Under the pieces are notes generated by a model. It saw only the letters and a list, made by a program, of their open reading frames with translations, made no database searches and was not told the origin of the DNA. Below are positions 1-7,393 of a stretch of 24,000 bases of DNA, one piece after another (position 1 is the first letter of the stretch; every line of letters starts with the position of its first letter). Origin of the DNA: Candidatus Electrothrix yaqonensis (GTDB lineage Bacteria; Desulfobacterota; Desulfobulbia; Desulfobulbales; Desulfobulbaceae); contig CP178758.1 of assembly GCA_047651235.1 (NCBI GenBank), positions 102,774 through 126,773 of the forward strand, in the 5' to 3' direction. The position numbers were made by a program, and so were the translations under genes.

Positions 1-1218
1 CCATTTTTCCGGGGCAATGCCGGGAGCAACCGTACAGCCGCAGCCGATTCGCATGCCATCGGGGACATTGTTGTTCCAGCCCACCACTGTAACGCGCTTT
101 GCTTTGCCTGCACCGGAACCGCCGACCTGCACATTGCGGCCAAAGGTCGTGTTGACATCGCTGACCACCTGCACCAGCTGGCTGTCAGCCCCTACCGTTG
201 TATTGAAAAAGAGGACGGAGTCGCTGACTTCCGCGCCTTTTTCCACCCGCACACCGGGAAACAGAATGGAATTTTTCACTGTACCATCAATGATACAGCC
301 GTTATAGGCCAGCGAATTGTCAAGTACTCCGCTGCTGCCGACCTTCAGGGGCTGACAGTCACGGATATCCCGGTGTTCAAGATTTGTCCGCAGCCCCCAT
401 TGTTCCAGGTCAATCAGCGGGTTGTCGCCCAGCAGGTCCATAGAGGTCTGCCAATATTCGTTCACCGTACGGGTGTATCCCCAGTATCCCTTAAATTTAT
501 AACCGTATACCTTCATGCCCTGCTGCATCATCATGGGAATGATATCGCGGCCGAATTCATATGAGGCAGCTGACTGATTTTCCCGGAGTACGCTGTACAG
601 AACCTCCGGTTTAAAACAGAGCACGGTCAGTGAGGCCCACTCTCCCTTGGGATGTTCCGGTTTTTCTTCATAGGAAAGCAGAGGACCGCCTTCGGGATGC
701 CCGTCACCGATCTCCGCCACGCCGAAGCGCCGGGCAGCATCCTCTTTTTTCACCCGGATAAAGGCGGCAGTCAGGTCGGCGTCCTGTTCATTATGAAACC
801 GGATCATCTCCCGATAATCCATAGTATAAACATGGTCACCGGAAAGAATCAGGATTTCGGCGGGATTGTGATACCGGACAAAGTCCATATTTTGGTGCAC
901 AGCATCTGCCGATCCTCTGTACCAATGCGGATTTTCATAGTCTTTGAACGGCGGCAGAATGGAAATCCCCCGGTGCCGGCCGATCATGTCCCAGGCGGCT
1001 CCGGTGCCGATATGGTTAATCAGGGAATAAGACCGGTACTGACTGAGGATGGCGATGCGTTCAATACCTGAACGCATCAGATTGGTCAGAGGGAAATCAA
1101 TCACTCGGGCAAACCCGCCGAAAGGAACAGCCGACTTCGGACGATAATGGGTCAGCACACCCAGTTCATCAACACGGCCTCCGGCCAGGATCATTGCCAA
1201 GGTGGAAGGCATTCTCAT
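1..1218 (-). CDS. glgC: glucose-1-phosphate adenylyltransferase family protein (GlgC-like); C-terminus lies beyond the window
   Basis: Absent from the ORF track because no stop lies in the window. My translation from ATG 1218 (AGGAG at 1224-1228, 5-nt spacer) is open for all 406 codons down to position 1: MRMPSTLAMILAGGRVDELGVLTHYRPKSAVPFGGFARVIDFPLTNLMRSGIERIAILSQYRSYSL...SGDHVYTMDY...YEEKPEHPK, followed by a left-handed beta-helix-like tail. The layout matches ADP-glucose pyrophosphorylases from memory. Confidence 0.8.
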   Translation of the reverse strand, partial: MRMPSTLAMILAGGRVDELGVLTHYRPKSAVPFGGFARVIDFPLTNLMRSGIERIAILSQYRSYSLINHIGTGAAWDMIGRHRGISILPPFKDYENPHWYRGSADAVHQNMDFVRYHNPAEILILSGDHVYTMDYREMIRFHNEQDADLTAAFIRVKKEDAARRFGVAEIGDGHPEGGPLLSYEEKPEHPKGEWASLTVLCFKPEVLYSVLRENQSAASYEFGRDIIPMMMQQGMKVYGYKFKGYWGYTRTVNEYWQTSMDLLGDNPLIDLEQWGLRTNLEHRDIRDCQPLKVGSSGVLDNSLAYNGCIIDGTVKNSILFPGVRVEKGAEVSDSVLFFNTTVGADSQLVQVVSDVNTTFGRNVQVGGSGAGKAKRVTVVGWNNNVPDGMRIGCGCTVAPGIAPEKW

Positions 1219-1270
1219 AAAAACTCCTGCTCTTCATCGCTTCTTTTCTTCTTTTGTTTTGTATTGCAGA

Positions 1271-1286
1271 GCAGCAGAGCTGCTGC
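1271..1286 (-). other. GC hairpin (GCAGCAG-AG-CTGCTGC) between the DHH gene stop and the glgC start; possible processing or weak terminator element
   Basis: Perfect 7-bp stem seen directly in the sequence. No U-tract follows on the minus strand, so it is not a canonical terminator. Confidence 0.25.
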
Positions 1287-1369
1287 CTGCGGCGTATTGT
1301 TATTATTAAAAATCACTCCAGGTTGATGCCCATGCCCGTGGGGCGGAGGTCCGTTGTTTCAGGGGGCAG

Positions 1370-2440
1370 TCACATATGCCGGGTGGCTATGCGCATCAGG
1401 GTGCTGGTGGTGAACTCCTGCCCTTCCCGCAGCGGCAGGTTTTTTAACGGCAGTTCAGCCCGTGCCGCTTCCCGGTGTCCTCCGGCTGAACCGTATTCGG
1501 CAAAGGTTTTCCGGGCGAAATTACCGGCATTTTTTCGGTATCCGTCACAGCGCAGAATAACAATCAGTTTGTCGCCGGAGATTCCTGATACCAGAACCCA
1601 ATCGAATTTGTCAACATGATTCAGGAAGTCTGCAATAATGACAAGGATATCCGGTGTCCCGACTCTGCCGATATGGGCATAGGCCCTGCCTTTGCTGGAT
1701 TTGACTTCATTCAGGGCAATTTTAAAATATTTTAATTCCGAACGGCGCAGTTCAGTGAGATCAAATTTGCGGACCAGGTTGCGGTTGGCAAGACTGAAGA
1801 CGTAACGGAAGGAAATGCCGTCCGCCAGCTGCATATTTTTTTTCTCAAAGTTCTGTGTGTCAACTTTTATGCCGTAATAAAGGGCAGTAGCAAGAGAAAC
1901 TGATGGTTTAATATTGGCTGCCCGGAGATATTCCACCATCATGGAGGCGACTGCGCCGTATTCCGGACGGATATCAATAAATTTGGCATCCCATCCTTGA
2001 GTAACCGGATGATGGTCAATGACGGCATCGAATGTAAGTTTCTCAAAACAGGGCTGATGCGTCGGTTGAGAGTCCAGCATCACCAGCTTGGAATAGTCAT
2101 TAACCGGCAGGGTATGGAGGCGCTCAATGGGGATCTTCAGACGTTCGACCATGGTGAGGTTATTCAGCCGCCGTATCTCATTAGGATAACCGATTGTCAC
2201 GCTGCCTACCCGGTAGCTGAGCAGACGCTTCACAGCCATAGCGCTGGCCAGTGAATCCGGATCAGCCGTAATCACTATCAGTACTTCATCCTCGCGTTCA
2301 AACAGTTCGTAAAAACCGTTCAGGCGGTTCAGGGCCGAATTACGGCTGGCACTGCGGGTCACCACATCAGCTATCTTTTCCAGTCGTTTCTGCTTCAAAA
2401 AAACACCTGCACAAACTGTCTGTTGCGGAGGAGACTGCAC
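1370..2440 (-). CDS. DHH/DHHA1 family phosphoesterase (NrnA-like)
   Basis: 356-aa ORF with a DHH motif (AVIDHHPV), an upstream Asp-rich motif (ITADPDSLASAMA) and a DHHA1-type GGH motif (GSAGGHREAA). The start is a GTG at 2440; the exact start is uncertain. Confidence 0.75.
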   Translation of the reverse strand: MQSPPQQTVCAGVFLKQKRLEKIADVVTRSASRNSALNRLNGFYELFEREDEVLIVITADPDSLASAMAVKRLLSYRVGSVTIGYPNEIRRLNNLTMVERLKIPIERLHTLPVNDYSKLVMLDSQPTHQPCFEKLTFDAVIDHHPVTQGWDAKFIDIRPEYGAVASMMVEYLRAANIKPSVSLATALYYGIKVDTQNFEKKNMQLADGISFRYVFSLANRNLVRKFDLTELRRSELKYFKIALNEVKSSKGRAYAHIGRVGTPDILVIIADFLNHVDKFDWVLVSGISGDKLIVILRCDGYRKNAGNFARKTFAEYGSAGGHREAARAELPLKNLPLREGQEFTTSTLMRIATRHM

Positions 2441-2616
2441 TGTTCAGCAGAGACCCTTTGCGTTCCCTATATAAGAAAACTTGCGGGATATTTATGCTAT
2501 AATGCAAAGTAGCATAATGGGTTCTGTGCAATATTGCCTGGTTAGACTTAACTGATACTACCATAGGGCTGCGGAAAAATGCAAGCAGGCTTTTTGGTGA
2601 AGCAGATCAGGGAGCG

Positions 2617-3477
2617 TCAGCCTCTCGGATGGAAGCGCTGATGCATGGTCTTGAGCCGACTTTTATCCACATGGGTATAAATCTGGGTTGTCGCAATATC
2701 CGCATGACCGAGCATCATCTGCACGGCGCGGAGGTCAGCACCGCCTGCCAGCAGATGGGTGGCAAAGGAGTGACGCATGGTTTTCGGACTGACGTTTTTC
2801 CGCACACCGCCCAGCACAGTCAGGTCTCTGATAATCTGCCAGAAACGGTTGCGGGTCATTTTGTCAGCCCGACCGGTAACAAAGAGAAACGGACTGGTCC
2901 GTTTTTTCAGCAGAGCAGGGCGGCCCAAATCAAGATATTTCTGAATCCGTTGTCCGGCCGTTTCGTTGAACGGCACCATCCGTTCTTTCTGCCCTTTCCC
3001 TAAGATACGGACATGGCCGCTGCCGATGCTGCAGTTCCGCACAGGCAGAGCCACCAGCTCGGAGACCCGGATGCCGGTTGCATACAGCAGGTGCAGCATG
3101 GCATAGTTCCGCAGGATAAGGGGAGTACGTTTTACCGGAACTGCGGGAACCGTCAGCAGCTGATCTACCTCGTCAACCGTCAGAATTCCGGGGAGACTGC
3201 TGCCGATTTTCGGCAGATCGACTTCAGCAGCCGGATTGTCCGATCTGATCTGCCGGGCAATAAGGAAGTCAAAAAAAACCCGCAGAGCGGAGAGGCGTCT
3301 GGCATTGCTGCGGGCGTTGACATTACGCTGAAAGCAGGCTTTTAAAAAAGAACGCACCTGCTCTTCCGTGATTTGTCCTGGATCAGTGATCTCCTGCCTC
3401 CGGAGGAACCGGACAAAGAAACGCAGATCAGAGCCGTAACTGTCAACGGTATTCCGGGACAACCTGCGCTGAACCAC
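2617..3477 (-). CDS. xerD: site-specific tyrosine recombinase XerD
   Basis: Shows ATGIRVSELV, GKGQKERMVP, HSFATHLL and LGHADIATTQIYTHV...RLKTMHQRFHPRG, the R-H-R-Y catalytic layout with a XerD-type C-terminus. The listed start is a GTG at 3477. Recombinase-like N-terminal sequence continues upstream in frame (see findings). Confidence 0.85.
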   Translation of the reverse strand: MVQRRLSRNTVDSYGSDLRFFVRFLRRQEITDPGQITEEQVRSFLKACFQRNVNARSNARRLSALRVFFDFLIARQIRSDNPAAEVDLPKIGSSLPGILTVDEVDQLLTVPAVPVKRTPLILRNYAMLHLLYATGIRVSELVALPVRNCSIGSGHVRILGKGQKERMVPFNETAGQRIQKYLDLGRPALLKKRTSPFLFVTGRADKMTRNRFWQIIRDLTVLGGVRKNVSPKTMRHSFATHLLAGGADLRAVQMMLGHADIATTQIYTHVDKSRLKTMHQRFHPRG

Positions 3478-3624
3478 GAGATATCGCAGAAACAGATCAA
3501 TACTATCAGTCAGAGAAAAGGCGTTCAGGAGAGAAACCGTTTCAGTTTCAGGATGAGCATGAGAAGAAAACAGAAAACCCTGCAGCTCGGTGAGCAGACA
3601 GGGCCTGAAAAACTGCCGTCTATA

Positions 3625-3819
3625 TCAGAACCGGTTTTTCATCCGGTTGTACTTGCGAAGTTTCCGCAGTGCCTCGGCAGACTTGCGACGTTTTTTAATG
3701 CTCGGTTTTTCGTAGTATTCACGCCGTTTGAGTTCCCGCTTCACACCGTCAATCTGCAGTTTCTTCTTGAGCTGACGGATTGCGTACTCCAAGTCGCCTT
3801 TTACTTCTACTTCAATCAT
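3625..3819 (-). CDS. rpsU: 30S ribosomal protein S21
   Basis: 64-aa basic protein MIEVEVKGDLEYAIRQLKKKLQIDGVKRELKRREYYEKPSIKKRRKSAEALRKLRKY, a typical bS21 sequence and size. Confidence 0.9.
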   Translation of the reverse strand: MIEVEVKGDLEYAIRQLKKKLQIDGVKRELKRREYYEKPSIKKRRKSAEALRKLRKYNRMKNRF

Positions 3820-3898
3820 GAAAATATCACATCCTTTGTATTAATGGCATGTCCCATCTGCGTGTTCATCTTATCATCTTGATTAAGTTGAGCCGCAA

Positions 3899-3927
3899 AC
3901 ATTACGTTATACACCGGATTATGTCAA
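3899..3927 (-). promoter_or_regulatory. candidate sigma70-type promoter for rpsU
   Basis: The minus strand reads TTGACA (3927-3922), a 17-nt spacer, then TAATGT (3904-3899), about 75 nt upstream of the rpsU ATG. Pattern match only. Confidence 0.3.
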
Positions 3928-4138
3928 GGGGAAATCCATATCAAATTACTCATTCCCGAAACGAAGTATACTTTATAGCTGGAGCAGTATAAACTGAATA
4001 CAGGATCAGCTATCTGAAAGGCGTGAAGGCAAAATTTATGCCTCTTGTGGGCATATTCAAATTATGTTGCTCCAGCTATATCCATATCAAAGGCAGCAAT
4101 TATAAGCTTAACAAAATACTATTTTATTTAACGAATAT

Positions 4139-4381
4139 GTGTTATTGAAAGGCATGATCAATATCACACGAGTCCCTCCGCTTATGCCTTCAGCTACCAA
4201 CGAATTAACATTCGATACGTTTGTCGCCAAGCTCCATAATATATTTGATGAGCTCCAGGATTACCGGAAAGTCAGCCCGAACCTCACATATTCACTGATG
4301 TTACGCAGCCGAAACGCAAAATCGGCAGATTCCACGTTTTGGGTGTCTCGTAACTTACTGATCTTTTATTTGCGTGCGTAA
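4139..4381 (+). pseudogene. possible N-terminal remnant of an IS4-like transposase (weak)
   Basis: 80-aa ORF in a ~25-40% GC patch. The segment FDTFVAKLHNIFDELQDYRKVSPNLTYSL resembles, from memory, the N-terminal xxDxRxxxxxxYSL region of IS4-family transposases. No DDE domain follows. Confidence 0.2.
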
Positions 4382-4406
4382 CATCAGATCTTCAATTTGT
4401 CCGACC

Positions 4407-5711
4407 CTACTCTGTACGCACCGCCACCGAATTGGCATGGGCACCGAGTCCTTCTAAATTAGCGAGCCGCTGGATATGTTCGGCATCGTTGAGCAGGGCC
4501 TGGCGGGAATAGGAGATAACCGAACTCTTTTTGAGGAAGGTCTCGACGCCGAGGGCAGAGGAGATACGGGCTGTGCCCATCGTGGGCAGGACATGGTTGG
4601 GCCCGGCAACGTAATCTCCGGCAGCCTCCGGGGTGTGCGGGCCGAGAAAGATGGCGCCTGCGTGGTTGATCTTCGGCAGCCAGAGCCAGGGTTCCTCCAC
4701 CTGCAGTTCCAAGTGCTCAATGGCAATCTCATTGGCCAGGGCAATGCCCTCGTCCACGCTGTCCACCACCATGATCAGGCCGCGCTGCTGCAAAGAGGTC
4801 CGGGCGATATCGGCACGCTGCAGGCGGAGGAGCTGCTGTTCCAGTTGAATTTTTACAGCCTCGGCCAGAGTGGTTTCGGTGATGAGCAGCACGGCCAGGG
4901 CCTGGGGATCATGCTCGGCCTGGGCCAGCATGTCAGCAGCAATATAGGCAGGATTTGCCGAGTGATCCGCCACGATGAGCACTTCGCTCGGTCCGGCAAT
5001 CATATCAATGCGCACCCTGCCCATAACCTGCCGTTTGGCCTCGGTGACAAATTGATTCCCCGGCCCGACAATGACATCCACCGGCGCCACAGTCTCGGTA
5101 CCGAAGGCCAGAGCTGCCACAGCCCAAGCAGAACCCGCCTTGTACACCTCGCTGATTCCCGCTTCCTTGGCCGCCATGAGCAAAGCCGGAGCAACCCTCC
5201 CCTCCTTGTCCGGGGGCGTCATCATGACCCGCCGCTGCACCCCGGCAATGGCAGCTGGTACGCCGTTCATCAGTACGGAAGAAACCAGCGGAGTGGAGCC
5301 GCCCCGTCCGCCCGGCACATACAGCCCGGCCGAGTCCACCGGCCGGACCAGCCGCCCGACAATGGTGCCGTCCTCGCGGGTCAGCATCCAGGAATCCTCC
5401 ATTTCCCGCTCATGAAAGGTACGGATCCGTTCGGCGGCAAAAGCAAGGGTTGCCATGAACTCCTCGTCCACGGCCTCGGCCGCCTGATCAAACTCCTCCT
5501 CACGCACCCGCAGCTGCTCTGTGGTCATCTCCGGCGCATCAAACTGACGGGTATATTCTACAACGGCTTTATCACCACGGGTGCGGACCTGTTCCAGAAT
5601 ATCCGTAACGACTTCTATACAGTTGTCGTCTGCCAGGGCAAAACGGTCCCGCAGCGTGGCTATGATTTTTTTTCCCCGCCCGCTTGCGTAGTTTTCTATC
5701 AGAATAGTCAT
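4407..5711 (-). CDS. hisD: histidinol dehydrogenase
   Basis: 434 aa with IAGPSEVLIVAD, LAQAEHDPQA and GDYVAGPNHVLPT, which are typical HisD motifs and length. Confidence 0.9.
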   Translation of the reverse strand: MTILIENYASGRGKKIIATLRDRFALADDNCIEVVTDILEQVRTRGDKAVVEYTRQFDAPEMTTEQLRVREEEFDQAAEAVDEEFMATLAFAAERIRTFHEREMEDSWMLTREDGTIVGRLVRPVDSAGLYVPGGRGGSTPLVSSVLMNGVPAAIAGVQRRVMMTPPDKEGRVAPALLMAAKEAGISEVYKAGSAWAVAALAFGTETVAPVDVIVGPGNQFVTEAKRQVMGRVRIDMIAGPSEVLIVADHSANPAYIAADMLAQAEHDPQALAVLLITETTLAEAVKIQLEQQLLRLQRADIARTSLQQRGLIMVVDSVDEGIALANEIAIEHLELQVEEPWLWLPKINHAGAIFLGPHTPEAAGDYVAGPNHVLPTMGTARISSALGVETFLKKSSVISYSRQALLNDAEHIQRLANLEGLGAHANSVAVRTE

Positions 5712-5744
5712 GTGTACCCCAATCTTTTTTGTTCACAAAATTGA

Positions 5745-6203
5745 TTATGCAGTGCGGAGGACAACTACGGCTTCTTTGTCCCGTTCCGCAATCTGCCGGG
5801 CCGCCTTGGCAGGCACTACTTCAAAAATATCGTTGAACCGGACCACAGCCAATCGACCTTTACTGAGCTGATCAATCATTTCCTCTGCAGCAAAAATCCG
5901 GTGAATTTTCTTGTCCACAGCAAAATGATAGGGAGAACCGTTCCCGTCCAGTTCCAGCCGGTTCTGTTCAATCAGCTGTTTAATCTGGGCCTGCTGTTCA
6001 CGTCGCCGCTGTTCCTCTGCCCGTTTTTGATTGATCTCCCGGTTCCGCTGCGCCTCCGCAGCCCGCGCCGCCGCTGCTGTGTTGACTGCTTTGTCCTTTT
6101 TTTTCTTTTTCTGGTTCTGATACTGCTCCTGTTTTGCCTTGTTCGCCTGTTTTTTGCTGACCAGTCCTGCCTTGAGCAGCTGATCCTGCAGTGGATTGCC
6201 CAT
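5745..6203 (-). CDS. DUF2058 (YaiL-like) lysine/glutamate-rich protein
   Basis: The N-terminus MGNPLQDQLLKAGLV is followed by a highly charged K/E/Q/R coil and a folded C-terminal part. Strong RBS AAAGGAGGAGTC precedes the ATG at 6203. Confidence 0.65.
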   Translation of the reverse strand: MGNPLQDQLLKAGLVSKKQANKAKQEQYQNQKKKKKDKAVNTAAAARAAEAQRNREINQKRAEEQRRREQQAQIKQLIEQNRLELDGNGSPYHFAVDKKIHRIFAAEEMIDQLSKGRLAVVRFNDIFEVVPAKAARQIAERDKEAVVVLRTA

Positions 6204-6239
6204 GACTCCTCCTTTGTTTTTTTTCGCCGCAGCGGTCGG

Positions 6240-7286
6240 TTATGAACGTCTGTCCGCTTTATCTGCGGAACAGGACCGTTTTTCCCGGGCCAGAGCGCGC
6301 ATATCCTTTGCCCTGTCCGATTCATCCACAATCTCCCGTCCGATAATCTCTTCGAGAATATCCTCCAGGCTGATGACGCCGGTCACGCTGCCGTATTCAT
6401 CCACCACCACAAAAAGATGCTGATGTTTCTCAAAAAACTCCAGCATGACCTTATTCAGCGGGGCAATCTCCGGCACAAAATGAGCTGGCTGCATGATCTC
6501 CGCAAGCCGGCATTCATGCCTGCCTCCCGCCACCGCCTGCATGACCTCGTAACTGAGGACAATACCGACCACATCATTGCTGTCCCTGCCGTACACCGGC
6601 ACTCTGCTGTGCACACTCCACTGCTCTGTCAGATGTGCCGCTTCTGTCACCTTCATCTCTTTATCCAGGGTGAAGGTCACTGTTCTCGGCGTCATGACCT
6701 GACGCACGGTCTTTTCGCGCAGGTCGATGATATTGGTGATCACCTTTTCCTGATCCCTTTCGATTTCTCCGGCTCTCCGGCTCATCCGGGCAACAGCGGT
6801 CACCTCTTCTGCAGAGATTGATGCGCCTGATCTTTTGGGAATAAGGTGCGTCATAGCCTGACAGACCAGGATAATCGGTTTGAGGACAAACACCATCAGC
6901 TGCAGAGGACGGGCAATGTACGGAGCCAGCGGCCCGTTGAACTCCACCCCGATGGTTTTGGGCAGAATTTCTGACAGCAGCAGGATCACCAGGGTAAAAA
7001 AGACGGAAAACCAGATCAGGTTGCTTTCCCCCAGGACAGATGCGGCAGCAGCACCGGCCACTGAGGCGCCCATGGTATGGGCAATGGTATTCAGGGTGAG
7101 AATGGCGGTGATGGGCTGATCAATATTATTTTTCAGTTTTTTGAGAATCGCCGTGGTGTTCGGCCGCGTTTCCGCCAGCAGCTCAATGCGGCTCATGGGC
7201 AGGGAATAGAGCACAGCCTCCAGCACGCTGCAGAGCGCTGAAACGCACACAGCCAGAATAACGGCAACAGTAAGCTCCAGAAGCAC
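6240..7286 (-). CDS. CNNM/DUF21 transmembrane domain + tandem CBS protein (hemolysin/CorC-family transporter, no CorC_HlyC tail)
   Basis: Four hydrophobic helices (LELTVAVILAV..., ITAILTLNTIAHT..., LIWFSVFFTLVILLLSEILPK...) are followed by a CBS pair (VRQVMTPR...VPVY...IVGIV; HLFVVVDEYGSVTGVISLEDILEEIIG). The track ORF runs to 7367. I prefer the GTG at 7286, which is preceded by GGAGGG (7293-7298). Confidence 0.8.
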   Translation of the reverse strand: MLLELTVAVILAVCVSALCSVLEAVLYSLPMSRIELLAETRPNTTAILKKLKNNIDQPITAILTLNTIAHTMGASVAGAAAASVLGESNLIWFSVFFTLVILLLSEILPKTIGVEFNGPLAPYIARPLQLMVFVLKPIILVCQAMTHLIPKRSGASISAEEVTAVARMSRRAGEIERDQEKVITNIIDLREKTVRQVMTPRTVTFTLDKEMKVTEAAHLTEQWSVHSRVPVYGRDSNDVVGIVLSYEVMQAVAGGRHECRLAEIMQPAHFVPEIAPLNKVMLEFFEKHQHLFVVVDEYGSVTGVISLEDILEEIIGREIVDESDRAKDMRALAREKRSCSADKADRRS

Positions 7287-7393
7287 GAGGTACCCTCCGG
7301 CAATTTTATATGATATATGTGATGTCCTGCCCGACAACCGGTCGGACTCCCTGCCGGGATACGGCATCTATCCGAAATTCATTGCTGCTCATT

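Noticed and set aside
3373-3882. 169-aa plus-strand ORF overlapping the xerD N-terminus and rpsU
   Set aside because: It is antisense to two confidently identified genes and has no motifs or RBS.
4476-5744. 422-aa plus-strand ORF covering the whole hisD locus
   Set aside because: It is antisense to a confidently identified hisD. The translation is Gly/Arg/His-rich and low in complexity with no recognisable motif. Long shadow ORFs are typical opposite GC-rich genes.
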